Assembly (NCBI GenBank): GCA_037305845.1
Contig: CP147778.1
Location: 3,200,001 to 3,264,000 of the forward strand
Source: Candidatus Freyarchaeum deiterrae
GTDB lineage: Archaea > Asgardarchaeota > Jordiarchaeia > Jordiarchaeales > Jordiarchaeaceae
Length of the DNA stretch: 64,000 nucleotides
Direction: 5' to 3'
The notes beneath the pieces are model-generated. The model saw nothing but the letters and a program-made list of their open reading frames with translations. It ran no database searches and had not been told where the DNA came from. Shown here piece after piece: positions 1-9,911 of this stretch; positions within the stretch are counted from its first letter, which is position 1, and the number at the start of each line of letters is the position of its first letter. The position numbers and the translations under genes were made by a program.

Positions 1-1016
1 CACCGTTCAAACCCCTCTTCAATGAGAGTGACGTTGATAAATGCTCTAAAATGCTACAAGGAGTCGACTACGACCGTGTGGTAAAACTCGACAACGGAGT
101 AGAGGTAGCTTTCAAGGATGCGGGTCATATCCTCGGCTCAGCCATAATAGAAATCTGGGCTGAAGGATTAAAAACAGTTTACAGCGGAGACCTCGGAAGA
201 CCGGGAATGCCCATTCTACGCGACCCTTCAACCATAGACTCCGCCGACTACCTCATACTCGAGTCAACATACGGTTCACAAAAACACCCACCATACCCAC
301 CAACAATAGACCAGATTAAGCATATTATCCTTGAGGTTTACCGAAGGGGAAGCAAACTCCTAATTCCCGCATTCTCCATAGGGAAAACACAAACAATAAT
401 TTACATTCTCAACCAGCTTGTGGAAAACAATCAAATCCCTACAATCCCAGTCTACGTAGACTCCCCCCTAGCTATTGACGCCACAGAAATCTTCAGCAAA
501 CACCCCGAATGCTACGACGCCGAATTCAAAGCCCTCCTCAAATCCGGAGACGACCCACTAGTCTTCAGAGGACTAAAATACGTAAGAGGAGAAGAAGAAT
601 CCTATGATATTTCACACAGGAGAGAACCAAGCATCATTATAGCAGCTTCAGGAATGTGCAACGGCGGAAGAATAAAACACCACCTAGAGCGGCACATATC
701 CGACCCCTACTCCACTTTACTTTTCGTAGGATACCAAGCCAGTGGAACCCTGGGCAGAGAGCTCATTGAGGGTAGAAAAACTGTGGCGATATATGGGAAG
801 AGTCATCCCGTAAAAATTAGAGTGGAATCCCTCCAAGGGTTAAGCGCCCACGCCGACAAAACAGATCTCCTAACCTGGTTCAAAAAAATAAAGGGACTCA
901 AAGAAGTGTTTCTAGTCCACGGAGACTACGAGGAGTCCTCTGCATTAGCAAAGGACATTAGCACAAAAAATCGGGTAAGGGTACCCCAACCGGGTGAAAT
1001 GGTAAAACTTTCCTAA
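1..1016 (+). CDS. MBL-fold beta-CASP metallo-hydrolase/ribonuclease (COG1236-like), 5'-truncated by the window edge
   Basis: Motifs AGHILGS, SGDLG, ESTYG, SGM..GG, SAHAD, VHG; frame open back to position 3. Confidence 0.9.
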   Translation, partial: PFKPLFNESDVDKCSKMLQGVDYDRVVKLDNGVEVAFKDAGHILGSAIIEIWAEGLKTVYSGDLGRPGMPILRDPSTIDSADYLILESTYGSQKHPPYPPTIDQIKHIILEVYRRGSKLLIPAFSIGKTQTIIYILNQLVENNQIPTIPVYVDSPLAIDATEIFSKHPECYDAEFKALLKSGDDPLVFRGLKYVRGEEESYDISHRREPSIIIAASGMCNGGRIKHHLERHISDPYSTLLFVGYQASGTLGRELIEGRKTVAIYGKSHPVKIRVESLQGLSAHADKTDLLTWFKKIKGLKEVFLVHGDYEESSALAKDISTKNRVRVPQPGEMVKLS

Positions 1017-1582
1017 ACTCTCCTTTTTCTCAGGCATCCCACCAAGCAGATTTCCAAAGTACTAAACTGTCAGACATCCAAAGGTCTATTAAAGAATTCA
1101 GCTATTTAAATAGTAGTAGGCGAGATTTACTTATCTAAAAAGAGGGGCTAGTTTCATTTCACCGTTTTGATTTGAATAATAAGAGAGGTTCGCTCAGAGA
1201 GCTGAATCAAATGATCGTATTAGATTGTCCAATCAGAGAATAATGAGCAACACAGTCCCTTCATCCACTAAAAAGAGGAAGGGTTCCCTTGAGCGAATTA
1301 TAAAACTATATGGACTTTTCTGACCAAGCATATATATATTTAGTACAGAAATCCAGAACCGCAACTCACTCCAACAGCTCTTCTCCTATCTTGTTTAAAA
1401 GTAGCAAGAGCAACTTAAGATCGTCGGGCTTGAATTGAGGGGGTATGACCAGCATTCCTTCTCACATGTACCCAGTTGGAAGGTGAAAACACCAGCAATT
1501 CTCTCCCAACACAAAATTTATTAGAACAGTAGAAAATACATAAAAAACAAAGTAAAAATATGGCACAATTGAATATTTATCT

Positions 1583-1830
1583 CTTAAAAAGGGCGTTGAA
1601 CAACAAACAACCGTTACCGAAACCAACGGAACGGAACGAACGAGGAGAGAAAGGAGGAATAATAAACTGAACCAGACACTCCCACTCTTTCTCAGGTTCA
1701 CAGACGCATAGATGAGGAGCAGAAGAAAGGGAAGAGGGAAACAATGACTCCAAAACATACTAACTAACTAATGGTATTGGAGCCTTGCCCTCTGTAGAAA
1801 CTTAATTGTTTCTCCTACTAAAAAATAATC
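1583..1830 (+). promoter_or_regulatory. Conserved promoter/structured 5' leader of surface-protein gene, copy 1
   Basis: CTTAAAAAGGGCGTTGAA block, GGGAAACAATGACTCCA...TGGAGCCTTGCCC hairpin and AGAAAC-ttaatt-GTTTCT hairpin; homologous to 22497-22705. Confidence 0.7.
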
Positions 1831-1844
1831 AAATGAAAATATGA

Positions 1845-4526
1845 GTGAAAACAATGAAAAGCATCAAGGTAAATAAGAAAGCCTTAAAGATAGCAGCAGT
1901 CTTAGCAGCAGTTCTCCTCACAGCAACAATCCTCACCGCAGTAACCACAACCACAATCCAAAGCCAGAACCAAAACACGTATCCGCTCATCAACTTATAC
2001 CTTCAGGGAGTCCCCCAAAGCCCTAACAACGCCATCATTCTACCAAAGATGGACCTGGACCACACCCAAACATTGAACGGGAGTGTCTACACCCAAACGA
2101 TGAACGTAACTAAGAGCAACATAGTCATAAATGGAAACGGGTCCACCATACAGGGCCCCGGAACTGGATCCGGGTACGGCTTCAACTTAACAGGCGTAAG
2201 CAACGTAACCATCTTTAACGTCACAGTCAAAGGATGGCAATACGGCTTCTACCTATACCAAAGCTCGAACAACACTCTTACAAGTAACAACGCAAACAAC
2301 AACAACGACGGCGGTTTCTACCTGTCCGTTAGCTCGAACAACAATTTTACAAATAACACCGCGAACAACAACAACTTCGGCTTCTGGATAAATTCCAGTT
2401 CGAACAACAATTTTACAAATAACACCGCAAACAACAACGCCGCCTACGGCTTCAAACTATGGTTCAGCTCTTACAATACTCTTTCGGGTAACACCGCAAA
2501 CAATAACACCAACTTGAACGGCTTCGAAGTGTACGAAGGCTCGAACAACAATTTTACGAGTAACACCGCGAACAACAACAACTGGGACGGCTTCGAAGTG
2601 TACGAAGGCTCGAACAACAATTTTACGAGTAACACCGCGAACAACAACAACTGGGACGGCTTCTACCTGTCCGGCAGCTCGAACAACACTTTTACGGGTA
2701 ACACTGCCACCAACAACACTAGAGACGGCTTCTTCCTATTCTCCAGCTACATAGGCTATAGCTCGAACAACAATCTTACGAATAACACAGCAACCAACAA
2801 CGGCTACTACGGCTTCTACCTAAACTCCAGCTCGAACAACAATCTTTCGGGTAACACCGCCACAAACAACAGCTGGTACGGCTTTTATTTGAATACTTAT
2901 TCTAACGGTAATAACCTTCTGGGTAACACTGCTTTAAACTGTACGACTGGAGGATACTACTGGACTGTTGACTGTATCAATAATGATTTTATGGGTAGCG
3001 TGGAGGCGTACTATCTTCGTGTGAACGTCGCCAATGCTCTGGGCTCCCCTATTTCTGGCGCGGACGTTAATGTTGTGACTGATGGAACAAGTGTGTATCG
3101 CTCGTCTTACTTTGGTGGTACAAACAGCACAACCGACTCTAACGGTGTTACCCCCTGGATTGCAGTCGCCTACAGGACATTCATAACAAGCGATACCATG
3201 ATTACGAACACCACACAGGCTACCGTGTACTATCATGGGCTCATCGCAGGAAGCAACCCTAGGGTAGTAAACATGTCCACATCACACGTGGAAACCTTCT
3301 TCTTGGACACCACAGCGCCCACGGTGAGCATCACCTCACCCACCAATGGTGCGATGCTTAACACTGGCAGTGTCACAGTCACGTGGACTGTTAGCGCCCC
3401 CTCGATAGTAGATCACTACGCGGTCAGAATCGACGGACTCAGCTGGACCAATGTGAGTACGAGCACCAGCCACAATTTCAGCGGTCTCTCAGATAGCTCT
3501 CACACCGTTGATGTTAGGGTCTTTGACCTTACTGGTAACAACGCCACCGCCTCAGTGTCCTTCACCGTGGACACCACTCCGCCTATAGTGAGTATAACCT
3601 CACCCACCAATGGTAAGCTGTTTAACACTAGCGGTGTCACGGTCAATTGGACTGGCAGCGACGCCCTCTCGGGCATAGCCTACTTTGAGGTCAGAATTGA
3701 CGGCGGTACTTGGCTCAATGTATCAGCGAGTCTCAGCTACACTTTCACCAGTGTCTCAAGCGGTACCCACTCCGTGGATGTCAGGGCCTTCGACCTGGCG
3801 GGTAACAACGCCACCGCCTCAGTGTCCTTCACCGTGGACACCGCCGCGCCCACAGTGACTATCACCTCACCCAACAATGGTGCGATGCTTAACACTGGCA
3901 GTGTCACAGTCACTTGGACTGTTAGCGTCCCCTCGATAGTAGATCACTACGCGGTCAGAATCGACGGACTCAGCTGGACTAATGTGAGTACGAGCACCAG
4001 CCACAATTTCAGCGGTTTCTCAGACGGCTCCCACACCGTGTATGTCAGGGTCTTCGACCTGGCGGGTAACAACGCCACCGCCTCAGCGACCTTCACAGTA
4101 GACACTACTCCGCCTACGGTGACCATAACCTCTCCCAGCAATAGTACGCTGTTTAATACTAGTAGTGTTACGGTGAACTGGACTGGCAGCGACACCGGCG
4201 GTACGGGTATAAGCTACTGCGATGTCAGAATTGACAACGGCTCCTGGAGCAACATGGGAACGAGTACCAGCTACACGTTCAGCGGCTTGTTTGACGGTCT
4301 TCACACCGTTGATGTTAGGGCCTGGGACAATGCTGGTAACAGCGCCACCACATCAGTGAACTTCACCGTGGCTTCGGGGCAACCGGCACCATCTCTGATA
4401 CTGCTGTCGTTGGCTGGAACGCAGGGAGGAGGCACCAGTCCGCTGGTTTATGCTGCTTTGGGTGTCGTGGGTGTGGTTGTAGTGGCTGCTGGTTTGGTCC
4501 ACTTCTTCCGCAGAGTGAAAGCTTAA
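1845..4526 (+). CDS. Membrane-anchored surface protein: signal peptide, parallel beta-helix (NosD/PbH1-like) repeats, four Ig-like domains, C-terminal TM plus basic tail
   Basis: Basic-hydrophobic N-terminus; about 10 GFxLxxSSNNNxTxNTAxNN repeats; four DTTxPTVxITSP...HTVDVRxxDxAGN units; C-terminus GVVGVVVVAAGLVHFFRRVKA. Confidence 0.9.
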   Translation: MKTMKSIKVNKKALKIAAVLAAVLLTATILTAVTTTTIQSQNQNTYPLINLYLQGVPQSPNNAIILPKMDLDHTQTLNGSVYTQTMNVTKSNIVINGNGSTIQGPGTGSGYGFNLTGVSNVTIFNVTVKGWQYGFYLYQSSNNTLTSNNANNNNDGGFYLSVSSNNNFTNNTANNNNFGFWINSSSNNNFTNNTANNNAAYGFKLWFSSYNTLSGNTANNNTNLNGFEVYEGSNNNFTSNTANNNNWDGFEVYEGSNNNFTSNTANNNNWDGFYLSGSSNNTFTGNTATNNTRDGFFLFSSYIGYSSNNNLTNNTATNNGYYGFYLNSSSNNNLSGNTATNNSWYGFYLNTYSNGNNLLGNTALNCTTGGYYWTVDCINNDFMGSVEAYYLRVNVANALGSPISGADVNVVTDGTSVYRSSYFGGTNSTTDSNGVTPWIAVAYRTFITSDTMITNTTQATVYYHGLIAGSNPRVVNMSTSHVETFFLDTTAPTVSITSPTNGAMLNTGSVTVTWTVSAPSIVDHYAVRIDGLSWTNVSTSTSHNFSGLSDSSHTVDVRVFDLTGNNATASVSFTVDTTPPIVSITSPTNGKLFNTSGVTVNWTGSDALSGIAYFEVRIDGGTWLNVSASLSYTFTSVSSGTHSVDVRAFDLAGNNATASVSFTVDTAAPTVTITSPNNGAMLNTGSVTVTWTVSVPSIVDHYAVRIDGLSWTNVSTSTSHNFSGFSDGSHTVYVRVFDLAGNNATASATFTVDTTPPTVTITSPSNSTLFNTSSVTVNWTGSDTGGTGISYCDVRIDNGSWSNMGTSTSYTFSGLFDGLHTVDVRAWDNAGNSATTSVNFTVASGQPAPSLILLSLAGTQGGGTSPLVYAALGVVGVVVVAAGLVHFFRRVKA
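2518..2663 (+). repeat. Perfect 69-bp tandem duplication of one beta-helix coil
   Basis: Identical units start at 2518 and 2587, with a partial third at 2656. Confidence 0.95.
3331..4370 (+). repeat. Ig-like domain repeats in an A-B-A'-B' pattern; A and A' nearly identical in DNA (offset 531 bp)
   Basis: Block starting tcacctcaccca at 3331 recurs at 3862 with few substitutions. Confidence 0.9.
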
Positions 4527-4592
4527 AATGGGGTCTGGAGGGCTCTCGGCCGATTGTTCGGCGGTCTTGCCTCGGCTCCTCCTTTTTTGTTT
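4527..4592 (+). terminator. GC-rich 3' element plus T-tract, conserved after both surface-protein genes
   Basis: AAAATGGGG.CTGGA.G.CTCTC...TTGTTCGG...CTTGC...CTCC-T-run; homologous to 25063-25130. Confidence 0.6.
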
Positions 4593-4754
4593 ATGTATTG
4601 GTGTCGAAAGCAGCACTAGGAAAAATAAGTATAAGGTCTATGTGTGGGTTACTCTTTTGTTTCGGCTTTCAGGTTTTCTTTTTGTTTGATATTACCAAAA
4701 CATTTTATTAGGTGTATTAAATATAATAACCAAAACTCGTTTCTGGTGGGAATT

Positions 4755-5267
4755 ATGGACGTTTTGAAAGCTATAGAGGATAGACGGAGTATAAGAGATT
4801 ATGTTGAGAAAATTCCGAGTGAGGAAGTCGTATACTCCATAATCGAGTCGGGTAGACTAGCTCCCTCGGCTGGAAACAGGCAGCCTCTTAGGTTTGTTGT
4901 TGTCTGGGACAGGGAAAAAATTATAAAAATAGCTAATGTTTCGATGAACTTTCTGAAAAAAGTAGGGGTAATAATGGTAGGAGTGGCGGATCCCAAACTG
5001 TCTCCCAAATGGTACCCAGTGGATCTTGGAATAGCTTTTGAACACATGGTTCTGGCAGCTCAGGCTCAGGGACTGGGAACCTGCTGGATAGGTGCCTTCG
5101 ACGAAGAATCGGTCAAAAAAATTTTGGAAATACCTAAGGATGTAACTATAGTGGCTTTGCTGGGAGTAGGATATCCCAGATTAAAACCCAATCCAACGTC
5201 GAGGAAAAAGATGGAGGAAATAGCCTGCCGAGACCAATGGAACAATCCCTACACTAAAAAATATTAG
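4755..5267 (+). CDS. Nitroreductase family protein
   Basis: RRSIRDY, APSAGNRQP, GLGTCWIG; start moved to ATG 4755 behind a GGTGGG SD-like site. Confidence 0.9.
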   Translation: MDVLKAIEDRRSIRDYVEKIPSEEVVYSIIESGRLAPSAGNRQPLRFVVVWDREKIIKIANVSMNFLKKVGVIMVGVADPKLSPKWYPVDLGIAFEHMVLAAQAQGLGTCWIGAFDEESVKKILEIPKDVTIVALLGVGYPRLKPNPTSRKKMEEIACRDQWNNPYTKKY

Positions 5268-5642
5268 AAAATTCAGCTATCGAAGCCACCATATTTCATG
5301 TTTTTTATTCTAAAATACTTTAAACGGGTGTTGTTTCCAAATTATATGTTTCAAGGCTTGAAAGAGGCGAATGTATAGTAAAATTTTTATTAGAGAAAAT
5401 AATAGTACGAAATCCAGAATAAGAATTAAAGATTTTTTTTGAAGTATTTACATATGAAAAAATGTATAATTTAGCAATATTAAAAGGTCTAAGAAACAGT
5501 TAAAAAAATATTATAAATAATGTAGAGAGACTCTCCAGCAATAATAGTGATTTGACTAGCTTTACGGAGTGAATTCGCGGGAGGATATTTGGTTTATCGG
5601 CTCTCTATTCCGAACTTCGTGTAACCGGAGAAGTGGTGTGAA

Positions 5643-6386
5643 ATGCCGCGTGAAAGAAAATGGTATGATTTAATGTCTGCGAAGTGGCTGCTTTGCGATT
5701 TTCACATTCATACAAAGATGAGCGATGGCAGTCTACTTTTAGAGGAAGTCGTGGATCTTTATGGACAAAAAGGATTCGATGTCATAAGTATCACTGACCA
5801 CATTTTGGACAAGGACTCATTCGAAGAATTGCAAAAGAAAAAACTACCAAAAGTCTCAATAACAAGAGAAGAGTTTCCGAACTATTTACGGCTCTTATGG
5901 AAAGAGGCTAAAAGGGCGTGGAAGGAATACAGAATGCTACTTATCCCCGCAGTAGAAATAACAAACAATCTAAAAGAGTTCCATATCCTCGCCATTGACG
6001 TAAAGGAATACATCGAACCGGAATTACCCGTGGAGAAAATAGTTGAAGAGATTCACAGACAGGAAGCCATAGCTGTGGCCTGCCACCCACAACGTAAGGA
6101 AACAGATCAGGGCCAGCCCTATATTCACCTCTGGAAAAACCATGAAAAATATGCAAACCTCTTTGATGCCTGGGAAGTAGCTAACCGTGATGACCTTTTC
6201 AACTTTGTCAGCCTACAGAAATACAATTACATGGCAAACTCGGATTTCCACGACCGAGAGCATATTCACTCCTGGAAGACCCTAATAAGAGCTGAGAAAA
6301 ACACTGAAGCAGTAAAAGCCGCAATCCGGGAGAATAAAGAAATAGCCATCTACCTGTTTAGAAAAAACAAGCAAATCAAAGAGTAA
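5643..6386 (+). CDS. PHP-domain phosphoesterase
   Basis: DFHIHT..SDG, ITDH, CHP, NSDFH. Confidence 0.88.
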   Translation: MPRERKWYDLMSAKWLLCDFHIHTKMSDGSLLLEEVVDLYGQKGFDVISITDHILDKDSFEELQKKKLPKVSITREEFPNYLRLLWKEAKRAWKEYRMLLIPAVEITNNLKEFHILAIDVKEYIEPELPVEKIVEEIHRQEAIAVACHPQRKETDQGQPYIHLWKNHEKYANLFDAWEVANRDDLFNFVSLQKYNYMANSDFHDREHIHSWKTLIRAEKNTEAVKAAIRENKEIAIYLFRKNKQIKE

Positions 6387-6525
6387 AATCCTAATAAGAG
6401 AAAACTGGTAATCCTAGTGTCCCTCCCCAAATTATGACTCACATCTGAAACCTTTATGTAGAGTATCTCGGGCTCTTTCTGGTTGGTTTTGATTCCTTTA
6501 ACTCTTTCATAACGATAATAATTTT

Positions 6526-7236
6526 TTAGTCCATCCATACGGTGCTCTCCTCTGGGTCAGGTCGGGGTGTAGCCGGTGGTATCTTCAACGGATACCCGAT
6601 TAAACAGCCGTTTAATCCGAATTTTCCCGGTTGAATGCCTAAAATTTTGCAAAATTCGCCATTATTAGACAGTTGTTCGGTGGCAGATATCAGTTCAAAT
6701 CCAAGTCCCAGAGCGGTGGCCTTGAGCCACATGTTCTCTAAACAGTGAGCAATTGACCACTGCTCTACTGGCATTGGTCCTTTTTCCTCTGCAACTATAA
6801 TGAAGTAGGGGGCTTCTCCTAAATTTGGAATCCCATTTTCGCTCCTTGCTTTCAGAAGTTTAATGAGCGCCTGTGATGTTTTTTCAATTTGTGGATTTTT
6901 TTCTACCATTTCTTTGACGGCCGTGTAGGCTCTCTTAACTTGATTGTTCATAAGAGTTACAATTTCTTTCCGGGCTTTTCCACCTTTTTTAATCACAAAA
7001 AATCGTCGGAAATCACTCTCAGGATCTACCACGAGTGGGGCAAATGGTGCTAACATTCCAGCACGGATTATACTCTTAATATCTTCTTCCGGCGGGACTT
7101 CTGGTTTAAAAGATCTGACAGAACGTCTTGATTCAATTACCTCGTCAATCATCCTATTGCATTCCTCATTAAAACCATATTCTGACACTTTTTCACCCCT
7201 TAAAAAACTGTATTGATAAAATAGACTACAGTTCAT
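6526..7236 (-). CDS. Nitroreductase family protein (true start probably near 7188)
   Basis: RRSVRSF, ENMWLKATALGLG, IGYP. Confidence 0.85.
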   Translation of the reverse strand: MNCSLFYQYSFLRGEKVSEYGFNEECNRMIDEVIESRRSVRSFKPEVPPEEDIKSIIRAGMLAPFAPLVVDPESDFRRFFVIKKGGKARKEIVTLMNNQVKRAYTAVKEMVEKNPQIEKTSQALIKLLKARSENGIPNLGEAPYFIIVAEEKGPMPVEQWSIAHCLENMWLKATALGLGFELISATEQLSNNGEFCKILGIQPGKFGLNGCLIGYPLKIPPATPRPDPEESTVWMD

Positions 7237-7481
7237 ATATTTTTTTGGCTTTAGTGGGCATTCGTAAGGGCTTCTCTTTTTTAGCTTGGAAGACTTGAGA
7301 TTTGTTTGTTTGTCTTTTTTTATACATTAAAATTTTAAGTAGTTTTTTATTTATTTAATAAAAATTATACCAGAATTTAGAATAGGAAGGATATGGGTCA
7401 ATTCTTCGAAAAAGTTTTTTATATTAAGCCAGCTAATCTGGCACAATATGGAGGCTAAATATTATTGGAGGAGTTGGCAAA

Positions 7482-7820
7482 ATGAGTGAAGTCGATTTAT
7501 CTGAGTTTAAAATGTTGGAGAAGGCACCCTACGAAGAACCGAATCCTCGAACATTGACAGAGATTTACATTAGCAAAGCAAAATTGGTGGAAAAAGACTA
7601 CGGGAAAATATTCACCACAAGGTACATAGAATTCGCACTTCAATTCTTGGCTGAAAAAATCGGTATAGAACCGCCGCAAAATATAGAAACTTTGGACCAG
7701 TTGACAGAATATTTAATCTCAAAGATCGACGTGTACCCCAAACCCTACTGCGCAGTTGTGTACTCCCAGTTCAAGGTGGATCATGAGGCTCTGCAGATTC
7801 TTAAAAGAAGCATATTCTGA
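7482..7820 (+). pseudogene. C-terminally truncated paralogue of the 12081/13173 V4R/MetOD-like family
   Basis: YGKIF...ALQF...EPPQNIETLDQLTEYL...YPKPYCAVVY aligns with YGPIY...ALEF...EPPENVRGLEEVTNYI...YPRGHCSLVY; the Cys-rich C-terminal half is missing. Confidence 0.65.
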
Positions 7821-7823
7821 GCG

Positions 7824-7859
7824 AAGGATTCCCAAACTAACTAGTACAAAATTTTGGAG
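7824..7859 (+). repeat. Orphan partial copy of the surface-protein leader motif
   Basis: AAGGATTCCCAAACTAACTAGTA matches AAGGACTCCAAAACTAACTAGTA at 22624 (21/23) and is also followed by TGGAG. Confidence 0.6.
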
Positions 7860-8023
7860 TACTCCTTTTTCATTAATAGTACTCCTCATTTTTTTAGAGA
7901 CCACAAGTACTGGTTAAATTTATCGTTTCTATCTTTTTTATTTTGAAAATAAAGTTTGAAAAATCGGTTTAGAAAAATAAATTGTTTAGGCGTTTTGGAA
8001 AATAACTCTGATATCATGTCCTC

Positions 8024-9289
8024 TTATTTTCTGTAGACTCCATATTTTTTGGTTACTTCAGTCATTGCTTTGACGTTTTCTAGTTTTGCTTCGTCCGGTA
8101 TTCCGGATACCGCTCCTTCCATTATGAAACCTCCGCCTTCGCCTACGATGTTGATGAGTTTCTTACAGTATTCCTCCATTTGCGCTGGAGTACCGGCAAC
8201 AAATAGTGATGCAGGTATGTTTCCTTTAAGGCAGATTCTATCTCCGATTTCCTCCTTTGCCTTAAAAATGTCAGTTCTATCCAGCCAGGCTATAGTTTTT
8301 CCTTTAGGTAACTCCTTCAAGTATTCCAGACGTGGTCCATAGTCACCCTCGAAGAAGGGCATGGGCTGCAGTCCAGCATTAACCAGGTCGAGTAGTATCT
8401 TTTTGAGGCTGGGCCAATAGAATTCTTCAAACTGTTTATTAGACATGAATCCCGCAGCGCCACGATGAAGAGGAATGAATATTCTTTTATTACTAGTAAA
8501 TTGAGTCTGAAATTTCACGCTTTCCGTTTGGTAGGGCTCTAACAAATCTATCAGGTGCTTTAGGTCTTCAGGGTTTCTATACATGTCGAGCATTGTACCC
8601 CGCATTCCTCTCAAGAATTCTGAAACCAAGTCGAAGGGCGCTTGAGTAATAGCAGCAAGCTGCATAGGATAACCCAGATTTTTCATCTCGGCTTCATAAC
8701 CAAAACTTACACCTAACCATTGCATAGTAGCTTGGCTCGCTGTTTTCATATCTTCCATAAACTGAACAAATGGAGGTTGAGCCATCAGCATGGGGATCGT
8801 AAACATTGAATTATAGCTTACAAATGAATTGCTTTCGGGAAGTGTCTGGAAAGCTTCAAAGATTCCGAAAGTCCGCGGGAGCCACTTTTTGTTTATAAAC
8901 TTGTCAGTATTTTCGAAGAATTCTTTGTATTCTTCAGCCTTCATGTATTCACCTTCAACAAATTGGAAGGGTAAATTGTCTGGAAGATCTATTCCAGGAG
9001 CCCTGAGTATTTTAGCCTTCATTGCCTTTAACGCTGGTCCCGAAAAAATAGGTAACATCGAGGGAGCTATATCCCAATCGAATTCCAAAACTGTTTCCTT
9101 GTAAGCAGCCGCGGTCCTAGCATGGTCAAACATTGCCTCCTTATTACTCATACCTTTGTAACGAGTAGGCCAAAAGTGTGTAAAGGGTGCAAGGGGAACT
9201 CTGTCTGGCTCCTTCAAGGCTACAGCGTCGTTCCACCGCTGTTCCCTCTCCTTATATAATTCCTCTACGTTTTTCGGCATTTTAAACAC
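8024..9289 (-). CDS. Uroporphyrinogen-decarboxylase-fold (MtaA/CmuA-like) corrinoid methyltransferase
   Basis: EPDRVP, LRGMRGTMLDMYR, PLHRG, FEEFYWP, GNIP, GGGFI; directly downstream of a corrinoid protein gene. Confidence 0.85.
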   Translation of the reverse strand: MFKMPKNVEELYKEREQRWNDAVALKEPDRVPLAPFTHFWPTRYKGMSNKEAMFDHARTAAAYKETVLEFDWDIAPSMLPIFSGPALKAMKAKILRAPGIDLPDNLPFQFVEGEYMKAEEYKEFFENTDKFINKKWLPRTFGIFEAFQTLPESNSFVSYNSMFTIPMLMAQPPFVQFMEDMKTASQATMQWLGVSFGYEAEMKNLGYPMQLAAITQAPFDLVSEFLRGMRGTMLDMYRNPEDLKHLIDLLEPYQTESVKFQTQFTSNKRIFIPLHRGAAGFMSNKQFEEFYWPSLKKILLDLVNAGLQPMPFFEGDYGPRLEYLKELPKGKTIAWLDRTDIFKAKEEIGDRICLKGNIPASLFVAGTPAQMEEYCKKLINIVGEGGGFIMEGAVSGIPDEAKLENVKAMTEVTKKYGVYRK

Positions 9290-9911
9290 CCACCCATTTC
9301 TTGGCTATTGCCACCGCCTCCATGGCGTCTTTTCCGTAGGCGTCGGCATCTACATATTTTCTTATGGTTTCATCCATCTGGCCTCCGCCGATTATTATCT
9401 TCGCCTTGTCTCTCAGTCCAGCTTTCTTGATTTCATTTATGGTTTCCTTCATGGAATCATAAGCCAGAGTTAAGAATCCGCTCAGAGCCACGATTTTCGT
9501 TTTGGTTTCCTTGATTTTCTCTACGAACTTTTCTTTGGGAACATCGACCCCGAGGTCGACGACCTCAAAGCCATTTGCCTCCAGCATGAATTTCACGATA
9601 TCCTTGCCTATGTCGTGTATGTCTCCGGCTACAGTTCCCAGAACAATTTTTCCTATACTCTTGACCTTAGCACCATCCTTGAGTTTCGGTTTTATGATTT
9701 CGGTTATCTGTCTCAGGATTTCACCCGACATAATTAAATCCGGGAGGAAGAACTCTTTGTCCTCAAACTTTTTCCCCACCATCGTCATTGCGGTTCTGAC
9801 TTGATCCAATATTTTCAGGGGATCTTCTCCAGCTTTAACCTTTTTCTGAACCAGCTCCACAGCTTCCTTCTCATTGAGGTCCAGGATTAAATCCGCCAAC
9901 TCCTTAGGCAA
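9282..9911 (-). CDS. Corrinoid (B12-binding) methyl-carrier protein, MtaC/MetH-like
   Basis: GDIHDIGK (DxHxxG), SGFLT, IGGG; helical cap domain; TTG start at 9911 behind GGAGG. Confidence 0.92.
   Translation of the reverse strand: MPKELADLILDLNEKEAVELVQKKVKAGEDPLKILDQVRTAMTMVGKKFEDKEFFLPDLIMSGEILRQITEIIKPKLKDGAKVKSIGKIVLGTVAGDIHDIGKDIVKFMLEANGFEVVDLGVDVPKEKFVEKIKETKTKIVALSGFLTLAYDSMKETINEIKKAGLRDKAKIIIGGGQMDETIRKYVDADAYGKDAMEAVAIAKKWVGV

Noticed and set aside
1735-1792. AUGA-containing hairpin as a eukaryote-like SECIS element
   Set aside because: AUGA is AGGA in the second copy, there is no 3' GA partner, and no in-frame UGA gene was noticed nearby
2234-2935. Regularly spaced repeats with variable inserts (also 23119-24240) as a CRISPR array
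   Set aside because: They are in-frame, degenerate beta-helix coding repeats; no cas genes or unique spacers
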